Shown: positions 1-10,385, counted from the stretch's first letter. The stretch is DNA of 64,000 nt from Candidatus Latescibacterota bacterium (GCA_963667175.2 CAXXXF010000013.1:128001-192000); one strand, 5' to 3'. Numbers and translations are program-made. Notes: generated by a model not told the origin, from the sequence alone.

Positions 1-85
1 CAATTGTGTCGTCATTTTCCGATAGATCCACTGACTCCAGAATCAAGGAATGAAGGTAGTCGAGATATGGTGCGAATTTGTCCAT
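1..85 (-). CDS. Possible 5' end of a gene running off the window (MDKFAPYLDYL...)
   Basis: ATG at 85 opens a frame to the window edge; a TTGACG-17bp-TACATT promoter-like motif lies upstream on the minus strand (187..159). Confidence 0.3.
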   Translation of the reverse strand, partial: MDKFAPYLDYLHSLILESVDLSENDDTI

Positions 86-258
86 AGGCGCCGCATCTTT
101 CAACCACGCTCGCAGAGTTACCGCTTGAAACAGCAATTATCACGAAAGGCCCTGCGAAAATGTACGGCAGATTACGATTATCGTCAAGCTGGAGGCAATT
201 GACGCCTGATCAAATAACGCCGTGATTGCCACTTGAACGGGCTCTCCGATACCTTGAT

Positions 259-1611
259 TTACACGCTCTCCGTCGCCACCTGTTCCAGCGCGTCGACCAG
301 GCTCTTGCGTACGAGGTCGCACAGTTCGTCGATGTCCTCCCGCTGTACGATCAGCGCCGGGCCCACGGCGAACCATGTGGGGTCGACGCGGATCAGCAGC
401 CCGTTTTCCAGAGAGGTACGTTTCAGCGCCTGGCCCAGTTCCGGAAACGGCGCCATCGACTTCGTGTCCCTTACCAGTTCCACGCCCTGCAACAGCCCCC
501 GGCCCCGCACCTCGCGCACCACGCCCAGGTCCTTCAACCCTTCCAGCTTCGATGCCAGGTATCGGCCGAGTTCCCCGGCCTTCCTGTCCAGTTCCTGCTC
601 GACGATTTCATCGATTACGGCCATACCCACGGCGCAGGCGACCGGATTGGCCGCGAACGTATGTCCGTGCGCGAAGTTGACGTCCGCCTCCACCGGGCCG
701 AGAAAGACGGCTCCCATATCCTCCCGCGCCATCATCGCGCCCACGGGATACGCCCCGCTGGAGATTCCCTTTCCCGCGCAGATGATATCGGGCGTGACCC
801 CGAAGGTCTGGGCGGCGAACATCGAACCGGTCTTGCCGAACCCCGTGATGATCTCGTCGTAGATCAACGCCACGTTGTGCCGGTCGCAGACGTCGCGGAC
901 AATCTGAAAATACTCCTCGGTGGGCGTAATGATCCCACCGGTATTGCCGATCGGTTCCAGAATGACGCCGGCCACGGTGTCCGGGTCTTCGTTGACGATC
1001 ACGTCCTCGAACGTCTCCGCGCAGAAGCGGTTGCAATCCTCCCACGAAGCGAACCGGTCTCGGTAATAGGTGGGCGGAAAGACCTTCAGAAAGCCGCCCG
1101 GCTGGGGCTCGAACGGGGTCTTGCGTTTTCCCGTCCCGCTGGCGGCCATTGCGCCGAAGGTGGCGCCGTGATACCCGAAGTAACGGCTGACGAACTTGTA
1201 CTTGCCCGGATAGCCGCTTTGCTTGAAGTATTGCCGCGTGAATTTCAGCGCGGATTCCACGGCCTCCGATCCACCGCTGTAGGACTTGATGAAATTCAAA
1301 TTCTCCGGCGTCACCTCGCTCAGCTTCTCGACGAAATCCAGCGCCACGTCCGAAAGCCCGTGCATGGGCGGCGAGAATCCCAGTGTCTCCGCCTGCGTTC
1401 GCATCGCCTCCAGCACCCGGGGGTGCCCGTGTCCGAGCGAGGCCACGAAGATGCCGCCGATCCCGTCGAAATAACGTTTGCCCTCCGTATCCCAATAGTG
1501 GATTCCGTGCGCTTTCTTCACGACGAACGGACGCTCCAGGAATGCCGACGTCTGTTGATAATCCAGAAACGTCCGCTCGAGGAGCCGCCGCTGGCGGCCG
1601 TCCAGCTTCAT
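259..1611 (-). CDS. Class III PLP-dependent aminotransferase (omega-amino acid/BioA-like)
   Basis: Motifs GSEAVESALK, YHGAT, LIYDEIITGFGKTG, PDIICAGKGISSG, HGHTF; GGAGG RBS. Confidence 0.9.
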   Translation of the reverse strand: MKLDGRQRRLLERTFLDYQQTSAFLERPFVVKKAHGIHYWDTEGKRYFDGIGGIFVASLGHGHPRVLEAMRTQAETLGFSPPMHGLSDVALDFVEKLSEVTPENLNFIKSYSGGSEAVESALKFTRQYFKQSGYPGKYKFVSRYFGYHGATFGAMAASGTGKRKTPFEPQPGGFLKVFPPTYYRDRFASWEDCNRFCAETFEDVIVNEDPDTVAGVILEPIGNTGGIITPTEEYFQIVRDVCDRHNVALIYDEIITGFGKTGSMFAAQTFGVTPDIICAGKGISSGAYPVGAMMAREDMGAVFLGPVEADVNFAHGHTFAANPVACAVGMAVIDEIVEQELDRKAGELGRYLASKLEGLKDLGVVREVRGRGLLQGVELVRDTKSMAPFPELGQALKRTSLENGLLIRVDPTWFAVGPALIVQREDIDELCDLVRKSLVDALEQVATESV

Positions 1612-1672
1612 CTATTCATTCCTCCGGCCTCATGGCCTCAACGTCATCGACAACCTCTACGACAAACCCTTA

Positions 1673-1861
1673 GAAGCTGTCTTAAAATTCCAAGCGGTCT
1701 TCGCACCTGCCTGCTGCCGCAGGCAAGGCAGGCGGCTGCAAAAGCGCCGGTCGGCGTTGGTCAAACCCACCCGTATAGACAAATATGGGCGGATTTTCCC
1801 GCCTTGACCGCCACTTTTTCGCTCGTGCTCGGGAACTCACCGGTAATTTTAAAACAACTTC
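1673..1861. mobile_element. MITE (family A), 189 bp, 17-bp imperfect TIRs, TTA target duplication
   Basis: GAAGCTGTCTTAAAATT (1673-1689) vs AATTTTAAAACAACTTC (1845-1861), 15/17 inverted match; TTA at 1670-1672 and 1862-1864. Confidence 0.8.
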
Positions 1862-2616
1862 TTAGGCGCCAGCACGAGCCGTTCCGCATTCTTGTAGGCG
1901 ATCTGCTCCCTTTCCTGTTCCGTAATATCCGCCGCGGCCAGCAGGGTGGGGAACGCCATCGGCTCGTACAGAGGCGAATCCGTTCCGAAGAGGACCCTGT
2001 CCGCGCCCACCTCACGCACGACCAGCCCGATGATGCCGGTCCGAATCGCCCGCGCGGTGCCCATGTCCGTGTAGAGGTTGCCCGTTCTGCAATCCTGCAG
2101 CGCGTCGATCGCCTCGTACGTCTGGCCCGGCTGTCCGGCGCCGAAATGCGCCGTTATCAACGTCAGGGACGGGAATGCTTCGGCCAGCCGCCGCAAACGG
2201 GCCGGGGCCGCGTAGGACTCGTTTTCTCCGTGGGAAAGCACGGGAAGCCCGAGCGGCTCCAACTTTTCGAAAAGCCGGAAAGTGGGCTTGATGTCGGCCG
2301 GATACTTGTGCTGTACCGGGTGGATTTTGATGCCGGCGACCATGGGATGATCCTTGAACCGCTCCAGCAACTCCAGCGACTCGCTCATTTTCAGCGGGTT
2401 CAAAACCAGCCAGACGAGCAGATGGTTCAGCTTCTCAGCCTGCTCTATGGTCCATTCGTTCCCGTACGTCAGCTCCGTAAACAGCGCGGAACCGGACGTG
2501 ACCACGGTCCGTTCGATGCCCGCGCGCTCCTGCAGCGCCACGAATCCCTCGGCCGTAAACGTTGTAACGTCGTCGAACCACGGCCCCAGATGGGCGTGCG
2601 TGTCGATATATCGCAT
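1849..2616 (-). CDS. Amidohydrolase family protein (Amidohydro_2, TIM barrel)
   Basis: IDTHAH, GIKIHP, LSHG, TAHFG, VLFGTDSP motifs; ATG 2616 with GGAGGG RBS. Confidence 0.85.
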   Translation of the reverse strand: MRYIDTHAHLGPWFDDVTTFTAEGFVALQERAGIERTVVTSGSALFTELTYGNEWTIEQAEKLNHLLVWLVLNPLKMSESLELLERFKDHPMVAGIKIHPVQHKYPADIKPTFRLFEKLEPLGLPVLSHGENESYAAPARLRRLAEAFPSLTLITAHFGAGQPGQTYEAIDALQDCRTGNLYTDMGTARAIRTGIIGLVVREVGADRVLFGTDSPLYEPMAFPTLLAAADITEQEREQIAYKNAERLVLAPKKLF

Positions 2617-2661
2617 GTGACGTCCCTCCGGTTTCAACTTCCCGCTTATTCGTCCCTGGAA

Positions 2662-3987
2662 TTACACGACCCTGCCCACGGCCTCGATCAATCCGTCCAC
2701 GTGGCTTTCGTCCATCGGCGCGGAGACGGCGCACATCACCAGGCCGTTCCCCAGGTAATATCCCTCTTCGATCAGACCGAGCAACAGCCGGTGCGCCGCC
2801 GCCTTGTCCGTTCCCGCCAGGTGGCGGTAATTCAGCATCTCTTCGCACGAAAAGTGAATGCTGAACAGTGAGCCGACACCGACCGCGGTCGCATTCACAT
2901 TTTTCGCCGAAAACAGGCGATTCAACCCATGCCTGAGCCGCTCTCCCAGCCGGTTCAGGTGCGCGAATACATCCGGCGTCAACTGCTTCAGGGTCGCCAG
3001 GCCCGCGGCCATGGCCACAGGATGCCCGCTGAACGTGCCGCTCTGAAAGAAACCTGTCGGCCCCCGGGACGAATCGAAGCGATCCATCAGGTCGGCCCGG
3101 CCTCCGAAGGCCCCCACAGGAAACCCGCCGCCGATGACCTTTCCAAACGTCGTCAGGTCGGGCGCGATGCCGTAGTGTTCCTGCAGACCCCCGGCGCCGA
3201 CCCGGAACCCCACGATCTCGTCGAATATCACCAGCACATTGATCCGGCGCGCCATGTCACACACGAACTGCGCAAACTCCGCGCGTTGAGACAAGATGCC
3301 GGCCCTGGGGTCGAAGATCACACACGCCAGTTCGTTCCGGTGTCGCGCGAGCAATCTCTCAACCGCGTTCTCGTCGTCATACGGCAGGACCACCACCTCG
3401 CCGGCAGCGTTCGGTGATGCGCCGCCCGCCGTGGAAACCGAATGCGGAGCCGACGCGGGGCCCGCCTTTTCCAGCGGCGGCGCCACGCTCACCTCCACCA
3501 CGTCGTGGCTGCCGTGGTACCCGCCCTCGAACTTGGCGATTTTCGTCCGGCCGCTGACGCCCCGCGCCAGGCGAATGGCGTGCAGGGTCGCTTCGGTGCC
3601 GGAATTGCAGAACCGGATCTTTTCCACGGACTTCACTCGCCCGCACATCTCTTCGGCCAGCTCTGTCTCTACCCCCGCGGGCGCGCTGAGCGCGATGCCT
3701 CGGGAAACCTGTCCCTGCACGGCGGCTACGACCGCCGGATGGTTGTGGCCCAGAATCTGCGCGGTATGGTGGTTGTTGAAGTCCGTCAGTTTGCGGCCGT
3801 CCAGGTCGTATACGTAACACCCCTCGCCTCGCTCGACGGTCAGCGGATAGGGCTCGTAATAGTACGCGCCTTTCACCCCGCCGGGCATCACCGACCTGGC
3901 CTGCTCGAAGGCCGCCCCGGAGCGCGGACTCCCCGCACGGTAACGTTCCGCCGATGACGGCCTGCTTTCAGCCGATGTCTCATCCAT
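2662..3987 (-). CDS. Class III aminotransferase, glutamate-1-semialdehyde aminomutase-like
   Basis: RFCNSGTEAT, KFEGGYHG, FDEIVGFR, PDLTTFGKVIGGGFPVGAFGG, SGTFSG. Confidence 0.85.
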   Translation of the reverse strand: MDETSAESRPSSAERYRAGSPRSGAAFEQARSVMPGGVKGAYYYEPYPLTVERGEGCYVYDLDGRKLTDFNNHHTAQILGHNHPAVVAAVQGQVSRGIALSAPAGVETELAEEMCGRVKSVEKIRFCNSGTEATLHAIRLARGVSGRTKIAKFEGGYHGSHDVVEVSVAPPLEKAGPASAPHSVSTAGGASPNAAGEVVVLPYDDENAVERLLARHRNELACVIFDPRAGILSQRAEFAQFVCDMARRINVLVIFDEIVGFRVGAGGLQEHYGIAPDLTTFGKVIGGGFPVGAFGGRADLMDRFDSSRGPTGFFQSGTFSGHPVAMAAGLATLKQLTPDVFAHLNRLGERLRHGLNRLFSAKNVNATAVGVGSLFSIHFSCEEMLNYRHLAGTDKAAAHRLLLGLIEEGYYLGNGLVMCAVSAPMDESHVDGLIEAVGRVV

Positions 3988-3996
3988 GCCGATTTC

Positions 3997-4998
3997 TCAA
4001 TCCATCCGGAAACGCTCGAAAACAACGTGCTGGTAGGGGGATTCCGATCCTGCTTCGTACAGGCAGCCGACCGAGCCGTCCGAAAGCAACGCAAGACACG
4101 AATACGCCGCCGGTCCTTCGTGCAGCAGTTTCGCCGAGGACCAGGTCATGCCACCGTCGTTACTCGATCGGACGGTCATATTCACCCGCTCGCCTCCATC
4201 CGGGCTTGCGGGCTCCGGCGCCGCGGGATTCGAAAACAGCAGGCTGTTCTTCCCGATGCCTTCGACCATGCTGGCCTGGCATTTGGGACAGGGAAGGTTG
4301 CGGTCGTGTGTGAACCCGGTCCAGGACGCCCCGCCGTCCCGGCTGAACGCCGTTCCGCGATACCCTTCGCTGTGCGTCTGCATCCGGGTATTCATGACCA
4401 CGGTCCCGTCCGCGAGTTCGACGAACTGGCACTCGTTGGCCCCCGGCCGGACCGAGCCCCCGAGCCGCCAGGACGCCCCGCCGTCGTCGCTGTACACCGA
4501 ATGGGAACCGCAGTCGTACGTTTCCGGATTCCGGTGGTCGCAGGGAATCAGCAGCCGCCCTTTCCGCGCGCCCCTCCTGAGCTGGATGCCCACCCCCGGA
4601 CCCGTCGCGTACCAGGACCACGCCTCCTCTTTCACGTCTTGCGTGACGTCGATGGGATCGGACCACGAGAGGCCGTCGTCGGAACTGTGCGTGAGCAGCA
4701 CGTCGATATTGTCCCTGCAGAACAACATCCGGATCGTGCCCGTCTCCGCGTGTACCACGGGGCACGGGTTGCCGATGGTCACCTCTCCCGCTTCACAATA
4801 GACGACTGCCTGCTCTGACCAGGTACGCCCTCCGTCTTCCGAACGCTTCACCAGGAGATCGATATCGCCGTGGTCCGCCCGGCTGTTTCGCCTGCCCTCG
4901 CAGAAGGCCAGCAGCGATCCCCCGGGCGCAGCAAGCAGCGCCGGAATCCGGTACGTGTGGTACCCATCCCGTCCGCTGGTGAATACATTCGTCTTCAC
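3997..4998 (-). CDS. Exo-alpha-sialidase (GH33-like, BNR/Asp-box), no signal peptide
   Basis: YRIP motif; Asp-boxes SEDGGRTWS, SDDGLSWS, SDDGGASW, SRDGGASW, SNDGGMTW; AYSCL/LYE. Confidence 0.85.
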   Translation of the reverse strand: MKTNVFTSGRDGYHTYRIPALLAAPGGSLLAFCEGRRNSRADHGDIDLLVKRSEDGGRTWSEQAVVYCEAGEVTIGNPCPVVHAETGTIRMLFCRDNIDVLLTHSSDDGLSWSDPIDVTQDVKEEAWSWYATGPGVGIQLRRGARKGRLLIPCDHRNPETYDCGSHSVYSDDGGASWRLGGSVRPGANECQFVELADGTVVMNTRMQTHSEGYRGTAFSRDGGASWTGFTHDRNLPCPKCQASMVEGIGKNSLLFSNPAAPEPASPDGGERVNMTVRSSNDGGMTWSSAKLLHEGPAAYSCLALLSDGSVGCLYEAGSESPYQHVVFERFRMD

Positions 4999-5007
4999 GC
5001 GTTTCCC

Positions 5008-5820
5008 TCAATGCTGGTCGCGCCGGTCCATGATCTCCGTCGCCTTCAGTTCCCGAACCAGTTCGATCAGGCCCTCTGTGGCCGCCTCCAGGAATTCCTC
5101 CCCCTTCTCGCGGCTGGCCTTTGTCGCGTCGCCCATCACGCCGCTCGCCGTTTTCGTGCTCCAGTACGGCGTGAAATTCGCGCTGGATCCATCCGGATGG
5201 CCGCCTGACAGCAGATCGGACTGGAAACTGTTCGAGAGGGGCGACCTCTCGTCGACCGCCTTGCTCATGTCCACCAGGTCCGGCTTCAACGCGAGATACA
5301 GGGACGTCTCGAACTCTCCTCCGTGCGAGGTCCCGCCGTAGTCCGACTCCCTCAACTTGCGTCCGGCTTCTTTCACTTTCCGGAGCCCCCAATGATTCAC
5401 CGAGCCGCACAGAATTCTGCCCTCGTATTCGATGACCGACAGCCGGGCCGCCAGATCCAGCGGGGACGTATTGCTTCCGTGGCCGTTCACGACCAGGATC
5501 CGCTTGAAGCCGTGGTGGGCGAGGCTGCAGCAGACGTCCTTGACGTATCGGATGAAGGTATCCCACGTGATCGTCAGCGTCCCGTGAAAATCCATATGGT
5601 GGGGGCTGTACCCGTGCGGAACCGCCGGGACCAGAACGGCCTCGGACGGGATCCGCGACACGGCCCGTTCGCAGATTCCGGTACAGAGAACAACGTCGGT
5701 ATCCACCGGAAGATGGGGTCCGTGATCCTCGTACGTCGCCACCGGCAGTACCGCGACGCGGTCCTGCTCCGCGGCTTCCTTGATTTCATACCAGATCATC
5801 TCGGCAAATCGATATTTCAT
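5008..5820 (-). CDS. Creatininase/mycofactocin MftE-like amidohydrolase
   Basis: EDHGPHLPVDTD, NGHGSN, HGGEFETS. Confidence 0.9.
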   Translation of the reverse strand: MKYRFAEMIWYEIKEAAEQDRVAVLPVATYEDHGPHLPVDTDVVLCTGICERAVSRIPSEAVLVPAVPHGYSPHHMDFHGTLTITWDTFIRYVKDVCCSLAHHGFKRILVVNGHGSNTSPLDLAARLSVIEYEGRILCGSVNHWGLRKVKEAGRKLRESDYGGTSHGGEFETSLYLALKPDLVDMSKAVDERSPLSNSFQSDLLSGGHPDGSSANFTPYWSTKTASGVMGDATKASREKGEEFLEAATEGLIELVRELKATEIMDRRDQH

Positions 5821-5930
5821 CCTCTGCTCCTTCAGCCGCCATTGATATCCCGATTACGCAAACGAGGGCCGATGCCTGTCCGCAAACGGCCCATCCGGAG
5901 TCCACTGGACTTGCGTTCCCGCGCTTCCGC

Positions 5931-6392
5931 TCAATGCACTGGGAAGAAGACGTCGGTGCGCCATTTCGACGGGTCGGGCTCCTCGCCCGGATCCGTCATA
6001 TAGACCTCCCATGGCGCTCCCGCCGCCTGCAAACCCGACTCGTCCATCCATTCCTTCAGCGCCGACCATGTCTGCCCCAACTGCTCGTATGGCCCCATAT
6101 GGGTAACGGTTGCGACCTTTCCCGCGGGCAGTTCACCCGGTCGGACCCTTTCGGCGCCCTCTACTGCCGAAGCCACCGGCATCCCGCATTCCATTTCCAG
6201 CTTTTCGGAGTCCATCTCGTGGTAAACGGTAAAGGGCATTCCCGCCGGCGCAAGACCGTTCCGGGTGAGATATTCCATGATCTCGCCGAAAAGAGCGCCA
6301 ATGACCTGGGCGATCTCCTCCATCGAGGTTGTGGCGCGGATGCCAACAAAGGGCTGCGACTCGACTTCCGTTGTAGCGAAATTCAAACGCAT
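5931..6392 (-). CDS. GyrI-like small-molecule-binding domain protein
   Basis: ATVTHMGPYEQL, PWEVYMTDP...WRTDVFFP. Confidence 0.8.
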   Translation of the reverse strand: MRLNFATTEVESQPFVGIRATTSMEEIAQVIGALFGEIMEYLTRNGLAPAGMPFTVYHEMDSEKLEMECGMPVASAVEGAERVRPGELPAGKVATVTHMGPYEQLGQTWSALKEWMDESGLQAAGAPWEVYMTDPGEEPDPSKWRTDVFFPVH

Positions 6393-6485
6393 CGATGGCT
6401 CCTCAATGATCAGGGTGTTTTCGGACCGGAGTTCAAATCGTCCGTGTAAGGCGGCAAGACCTGGCAGGGCGCCGCGGCCGGCTGC

Positions 6486-6899
6486 TCAATCTTCGTCGTC
6501 CGCGTCTTTCACCACAAAGTCCAGCGCCGCGGAGTTCATGCAGTACCTCAACCCCGTGGGCCGAGGTCCGTCGTCGAACACATGCCCGAGATGGGCGTCG
6601 CACCGGCTGCACTTCACCTCCGTCCGCACCATGCCGTAGGACGAATCCGCTTCGGTTTCCACGTTTGCGTTATCCGTCGGCGCCCAGAAGCTGGGCCAGC
6701 CCGTACAGGAATCATACTTGGTGTCCGAACGGAAGAGTTCGTTTCCGCAGCACACACAAAGGTAGATCCCCGTCCCCTTGAAGTCGTGATACCGGCCCGT
6801 AAACGCCCGTTCCGTTCCGCTTCTTCTCGTTACGTGGTACTGTTCCGGCGTGAGCATCTGCCGCCATTCCTCGTCGGTCTTCTCGATTTTTTCCGCCAA
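6486..6899 (-). CDS. msrB: Peptide-methionine (R)-S-oxide reductase MsrB
   Basis: [29 protein letters not shown]; TTG start with GGAGG RBS. Confidence 0.95.
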   Translation of the reverse strand: MAEKIEKTDEEWRQMLTPEQYHVTRRSGTERAFTGRYHDFKGTGIYLCVCCGNELFRSDTKYDSCTGWPSFWAPTDNANVETEADSSYGMVRTEVKCSRCDAHLGHVFDDGPRPTGLRYCMNSAALDFVVKDADDED

Positions 6900-6920
6900 T
6901 GCGTCCTCCAGGTTGGTCGT

Positions 6921-8720
6921 TTACAATATCTCCGCCGCCATCAACCGGTGCCCGGAAGAGAAATAGAGATCCCTGCCAATGATGGGCCCGGCCGCCGCGT
7001 GGCCGGTCAATCTCTCATCAAATTCCACGATCACGTCAAATGTCAGCGAACCGGGATCAAGCCGGTAGATCAGGGTGTGGGTGAGGCCGTAGATCATCCC
7101 GTCCGGCCCAAGCTGCAGCCCGTTGTCCACCGGGCCGCCCTCCGGCGCGGCGATCCGGTCCGTAAACGCCCGCGTCGCGGGGTCGAACACAAAGAGCTCA
7201 GGTCCCCGCTCATCGCCGCTGAACGTCCCGAACAGCCTTCCCTCCGGTACGGTTGCCAGCGCATTGAAGACGTGTACCGGCGGGTCGGCCGCGCCTTCCC
7301 ACACTTTCTCTTCCCTGTTGTAATCGAAGAGGAAAAGCACGGCCTCGTCCACCCTGGGCTGGGTCCCGCTTCCCGCACTGATGGTTGTGCCGACGGCGAT
7401 CAGAGACTCCGCCTCCAGATGCGCCAGCGTATAGCAGCTTCCGTCTCCCACAATTCGATAATATGCCTTCTTCTCCTCTGTTCCAGGGTCGTAATACGAC
7501 AGCGGCCCGCCCCACATCCCGTAGTCGGGAATGGATGCCAGCCAGACCTTTCCGCCGGGACCCGCCAACGTCGTACGCGGCCGGTACGATATGTCGTCCA
7601 CCCGCCCGATGTCCCATGGGTTGCTGCCCCGGCTTTCGCCGAAACGGTACGGTTGCGACGGATCGTAAATGGAGATTCTCGCACCGGGATACGAGGAGAT
7701 ATATACCTTCCCGTCGAGATTCGCCATCGAATAGGCCTCGCCGGTAGCCGTCGAACAGATGCCCAGGTCCGCGAGGTCGTCCCCGTCCGGGTCGTAGCGA
7801 AACAGCCGCTCCGGCAGGACGCTGGATCCGTAAACGCATCCGTCGGGGCCGCCGTGCAGGCAGAAGATATCCGTTCCGGCCGCCTCGAATTCGATATTGA
7901 AGGTCTTCGCCGCGCCGCCGGGGTCTGTAACTTCGAGAATCCGGCACGTCTGCTCCGCCGCGTCCACGAACCGGAAGGTGCTGCCGTCCGGCAGCTTCGG
8001 CGTGACGGATTCCGCCGGTACGGTTGCTTCCACCGGGACGGCGTCCATGCCCTCCAGACGGAAATTCCCTTCGCTCGATTCAATATAGAGGTTGCCATCC
8101 GACCCGCGGTGAAGGTTCAGCGACCCGTCGCCGCGCGTAACCACCGGCCCGACGGTCCGTTTTTCACCGGTCTTCGGGTCCAGGACGACAACGTGCGGCC
8201 GGGTCTGCATGATCAGCGACGCGACCGTATCGTCGGTATTCACGTGGCAGTAGGCGTACATATCCACTTCGTCCAGCCGTCCGTACCGGGTAAACTCCCC
8301 GGTTTCGGGATTGAAGCTCGTCAGGTCCGCCGTGCCGTAGCTGGAAATCCAGATCAGTCCCCTGGAATCCTCGTCGATGCTGCACGGAAAGATGGCCGCC
8401 GTTCCGTTGATCGTGCCGAAATTCACCAGATCGTCCTGCTCCGGATCGAAGCAGTACAGCTGTCCGGAGTGCGCCGCCCCGATGTACAGCCGCCCGTTTC
8501 GGGCCTGATATACCGCCGTGGTATAGTTCGAATCCGGAACGTCCGGCCAGAATTGACGCAGCCGCCCGGTTTCCGGATCGATCTGCAAGACGAAGAGATT
8601 CGCTGCCTGTTGCGACATCGTCGCATACAGACACGGGTCGCCGGCGCCGTTTCGCCCTGCAAATAACTGCGCCCGGTTTACCGCGCGAACCGGAATGCCA
8701 ACTTCCCTCACCTGCGACAT
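6921..8720 (-). CDS. Hypothetical beta-propeller repeat protein
   Basis: Repeated G-x-(L/I/V)-Y and (F/Y)DP-x-TG blade motifs; ATG 8720 with GGAGG RBS. Confidence 0.65.
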   Translation of the reverse strand: MSQVREVGIPVRAVNRAQLFAGRNGAGDPCLYATMSQQAANLFVLQIDPETGRLRQFWPDVPDSNYTTAVYQARNGRLYIGAAHSGQLYCFDPEQDDLVNFGTINGTAAIFPCSIDEDSRGLIWISSYGTADLTSFNPETGEFTRYGRLDEVDMYAYCHVNTDDTVASLIMQTRPHVVVLDPKTGEKRTVGPVVTRGDGSLNLHRGSDGNLYIESSEGNFRLEGMDAVPVEATVPAESVTPKLPDGSTFRFVDAAEQTCRILEVTDPGGAAKTFNIEFEAAGTDIFCLHGGPDGCVYGSSVLPERLFRYDPDGDDLADLGICSTATGEAYSMANLDGKVYISSYPGARISIYDPSQPYRFGESRGSNPWDIGRVDDISYRPRTTLAGPGGKVWLASIPDYGMWGGPLSYYDPGTEEKKAYYRIVGDGSCYTLAHLEAESLIAVGTTISAGSGTQPRVDEAVLFLFDYNREEKVWEGAADPPVHVFNALATVPEGRLFGTFSGDERGPELFVFDPATRAFTDRIAAPEGGPVDNGLQLGPDGMIYGLTHTLIYRLDPGSLTFDVIVEFDERLTGHAAAGPIIGRDLYFSSGHRLMAAEIL

Positions 8721-9007
8721 GTCAACCTCCTCCGAAAAGCCGTTGATGCGAGCCCGCTGTCGGCGTTGTGCCCGGAGTCCGGGCCGTTCCCGATTTCCGC
8801 CAATATTGATCTTTCCCCGGGCAGTGTCAAGGCCCTTCTCACCCCGTGATCCTCTACTCGATTCACCCTCCCGAATGCGTCCTTGGAGAAAACGGAATCT
8901 CAACTTACCTTCGAAAAACGTCCATCTGACCGGCCACCGGCGTCACCTCGGCGATGGCATCGACTTCCACGCCGCGGCGTCCGATTCATCGATTTGAGGA
9001 GACCGGA

Positions 9008-9880
9008 ATGAAACAGCTCAGAGGCATCTGCGCGGCACTTTGCACCCCCTTTACGGACGACGGCGAACACATCGACGAAACCGCGCTGAGACATCATATC
9101 GACTCCATGCTGGAAGCCGGCGTCCACAGTATCCTCATCAACGGCGGCACGGGCGAGTTCGCCTGCCTGCGACCGGAAGAACGCAGGCAGCTGGTCGAAC
9201 TGGCTGCCAAACACATCGACGGCAGGGCCGACTTCGTTGCCATGGCCTCCGCGGTCAGTACGTCGGAGACGATCGAATACGCCAGACACGCGGAAGGCGC
9301 CGGCGCGGACTGCCTCCTGGTACTCCCGCCCTATTTTGAAGGCCCTGATATGGAAGGCGTGTACGAGCACTACGCGGAAATCTCCGAAACCGTCAGCACG
9401 CCCATGATGGTCTACAATATCCCCGTCCATACCGGCATCGACGTCACGCCTGCCTTCTTCAGGCGCCTTATGGAAATCGAAAACATCCAATACATCAAGG
9501 ACAGCATGGCCGACGTTCTGCGCATCCAGGAACTGTTGGCCGTTGGCGCACGGGTCTTCAATGGCGGGGATCCCATCGCCTTCTTCAGCCTGGTTGCAGG
9601 ATGCCCCGGCTGCGTTTGGGGGGCGGTCAACGCCATGCCGAAAGAAGCCGTAGATCTGTACAATCTGGTCGCCGGGGGAAGTCTTGCCGAAGCCCGGGAC
9701 CTCTGGCGCCGCATGTTTCCCGCCAACCGCTTTTTCTGGACCCACGTATACAACGCTTCCGTAAAGGCCGCAACCAATCTGTCCGGCAGACCCGTGGGCC
9801 CGTGCCGCAAACCCGTCAAGCCCCTCACGGAAATTGAAACGGCCGAACTCAGAGAGGCCATGAAACCCCTGCTGGACTGA
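9008..9880 (+). CDS. Dihydrodipicolinate synthase/N-acetylneuraminate lyase family aldolase
   Basis: CTPF, GGTGEF, MVYNIP, YIKDS (Schiff-base Lys); GAGGAG RBS. Confidence 0.9.
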   Translation: MKQLRGICAALCTPFTDDGEHIDETALRHHIDSMLEAGVHSILINGGTGEFACLRPEERRQLVELAAKHIDGRADFVAMASAVSTSETIEYARHAEGAGADCLLVLPPYFEGPDMEGVYEHYAEISETVSTPMMVYNIPVHTGIDVTPAFFRRLMEIENIQYIKDSMADVLRIQELLAVGARVFNGGDPIAFFSLVAGCPGCVWGAVNAMPKEAVDLYNLVAGGSLAEARDLWRRMFPANRFFWTHVYNASVKAATNLSGRPVGPCRKPVKPLTEIETAELREAMKPLLD

Positions 9881-9907
9881 AAAAAAGGGCGCACTCCGAT
9901 GCGCCCT
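9880..9907 (-). terminator. Intrinsic terminator
   Basis: AGGGCGCA-ctccga-TGCGCCCT hairpin with an A7 tract (U-tract on minus) between convergent genes. Confidence 0.7.
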
Positions 9908-9986
9908 GTTCACAGCCGGAAACAGGAGATACCCGCCGCCTTTACCCGGCGGCTTCCGGGACAGAAACCTCGCTCAGGCCGGCGCG

Positions 9987-10385
9987 TCACGTCAGATCTA
10001 TGGCGCCGCCCGGCGGCGGCGCGGCCGGCAATCCGCCGGCGCCCGGCACCACGATCCGGGAGGACTCCTGTCGCCGCTTTTCCTTGGCATCCTCCATCAT
10101 CTCCTCCACGGCCCTTGCAAGGGCCTGCGGGAACTTCCGGAGCGCTTCTTCCAGGTCTGCGGCTTCGATGTCGCATTGCACGGGGAGCGGGCCGACCTGG
10201 GACATCAGATGGGTCTGTCCGATAAACTTCTGGCGACGGGACCCGTCCGGAGATCCATCCTGATTTATCGGTACCAGTCTCCGAATCGACGCCACTTTCA
10301 GGTCTGTATAGTTCTCTTCTCGGTACAGGTTGGTCCGATCAACCTGTATCTCGCCCAGCGGCTGCTGTTCGTTTCGGTTCACCAA
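9987..10385 (-). CDS. Conserved hypothetical cytoplasmic protein
   Basis: Protein-like 132-aa ORF (NLYREENYTDLKVASIRRLVP); GGAGAG RBS before GTG. Confidence 0.7.
   Translation of the reverse strand: MVNRNEQQPLGEIQVDRTNLYREENYTDLKVASIRRLVPINQDGSPDGSRRQKFIGQTHLMSQVGPLPVQCDIEAADLEEALRKFPQALARAVEEMMEDAKEKRRQESSRIVVPGAGGLPAAPPPGGAIDLT

Noticed and set aside
226-2871. 881-aa plus-strand ORF (likewise 6582-8666, 17855-19423, 21048-22523, 31202-32977)
   Set aside because: Antisense or off-frame shadows of well-supported genes in GC-rich DNA; no recognisable motifs
2662-3987. hemL assignment
   Set aside because: GSAM-like but embedded in a catabolic cluster with no tetrapyrrole genes; symbol withheld
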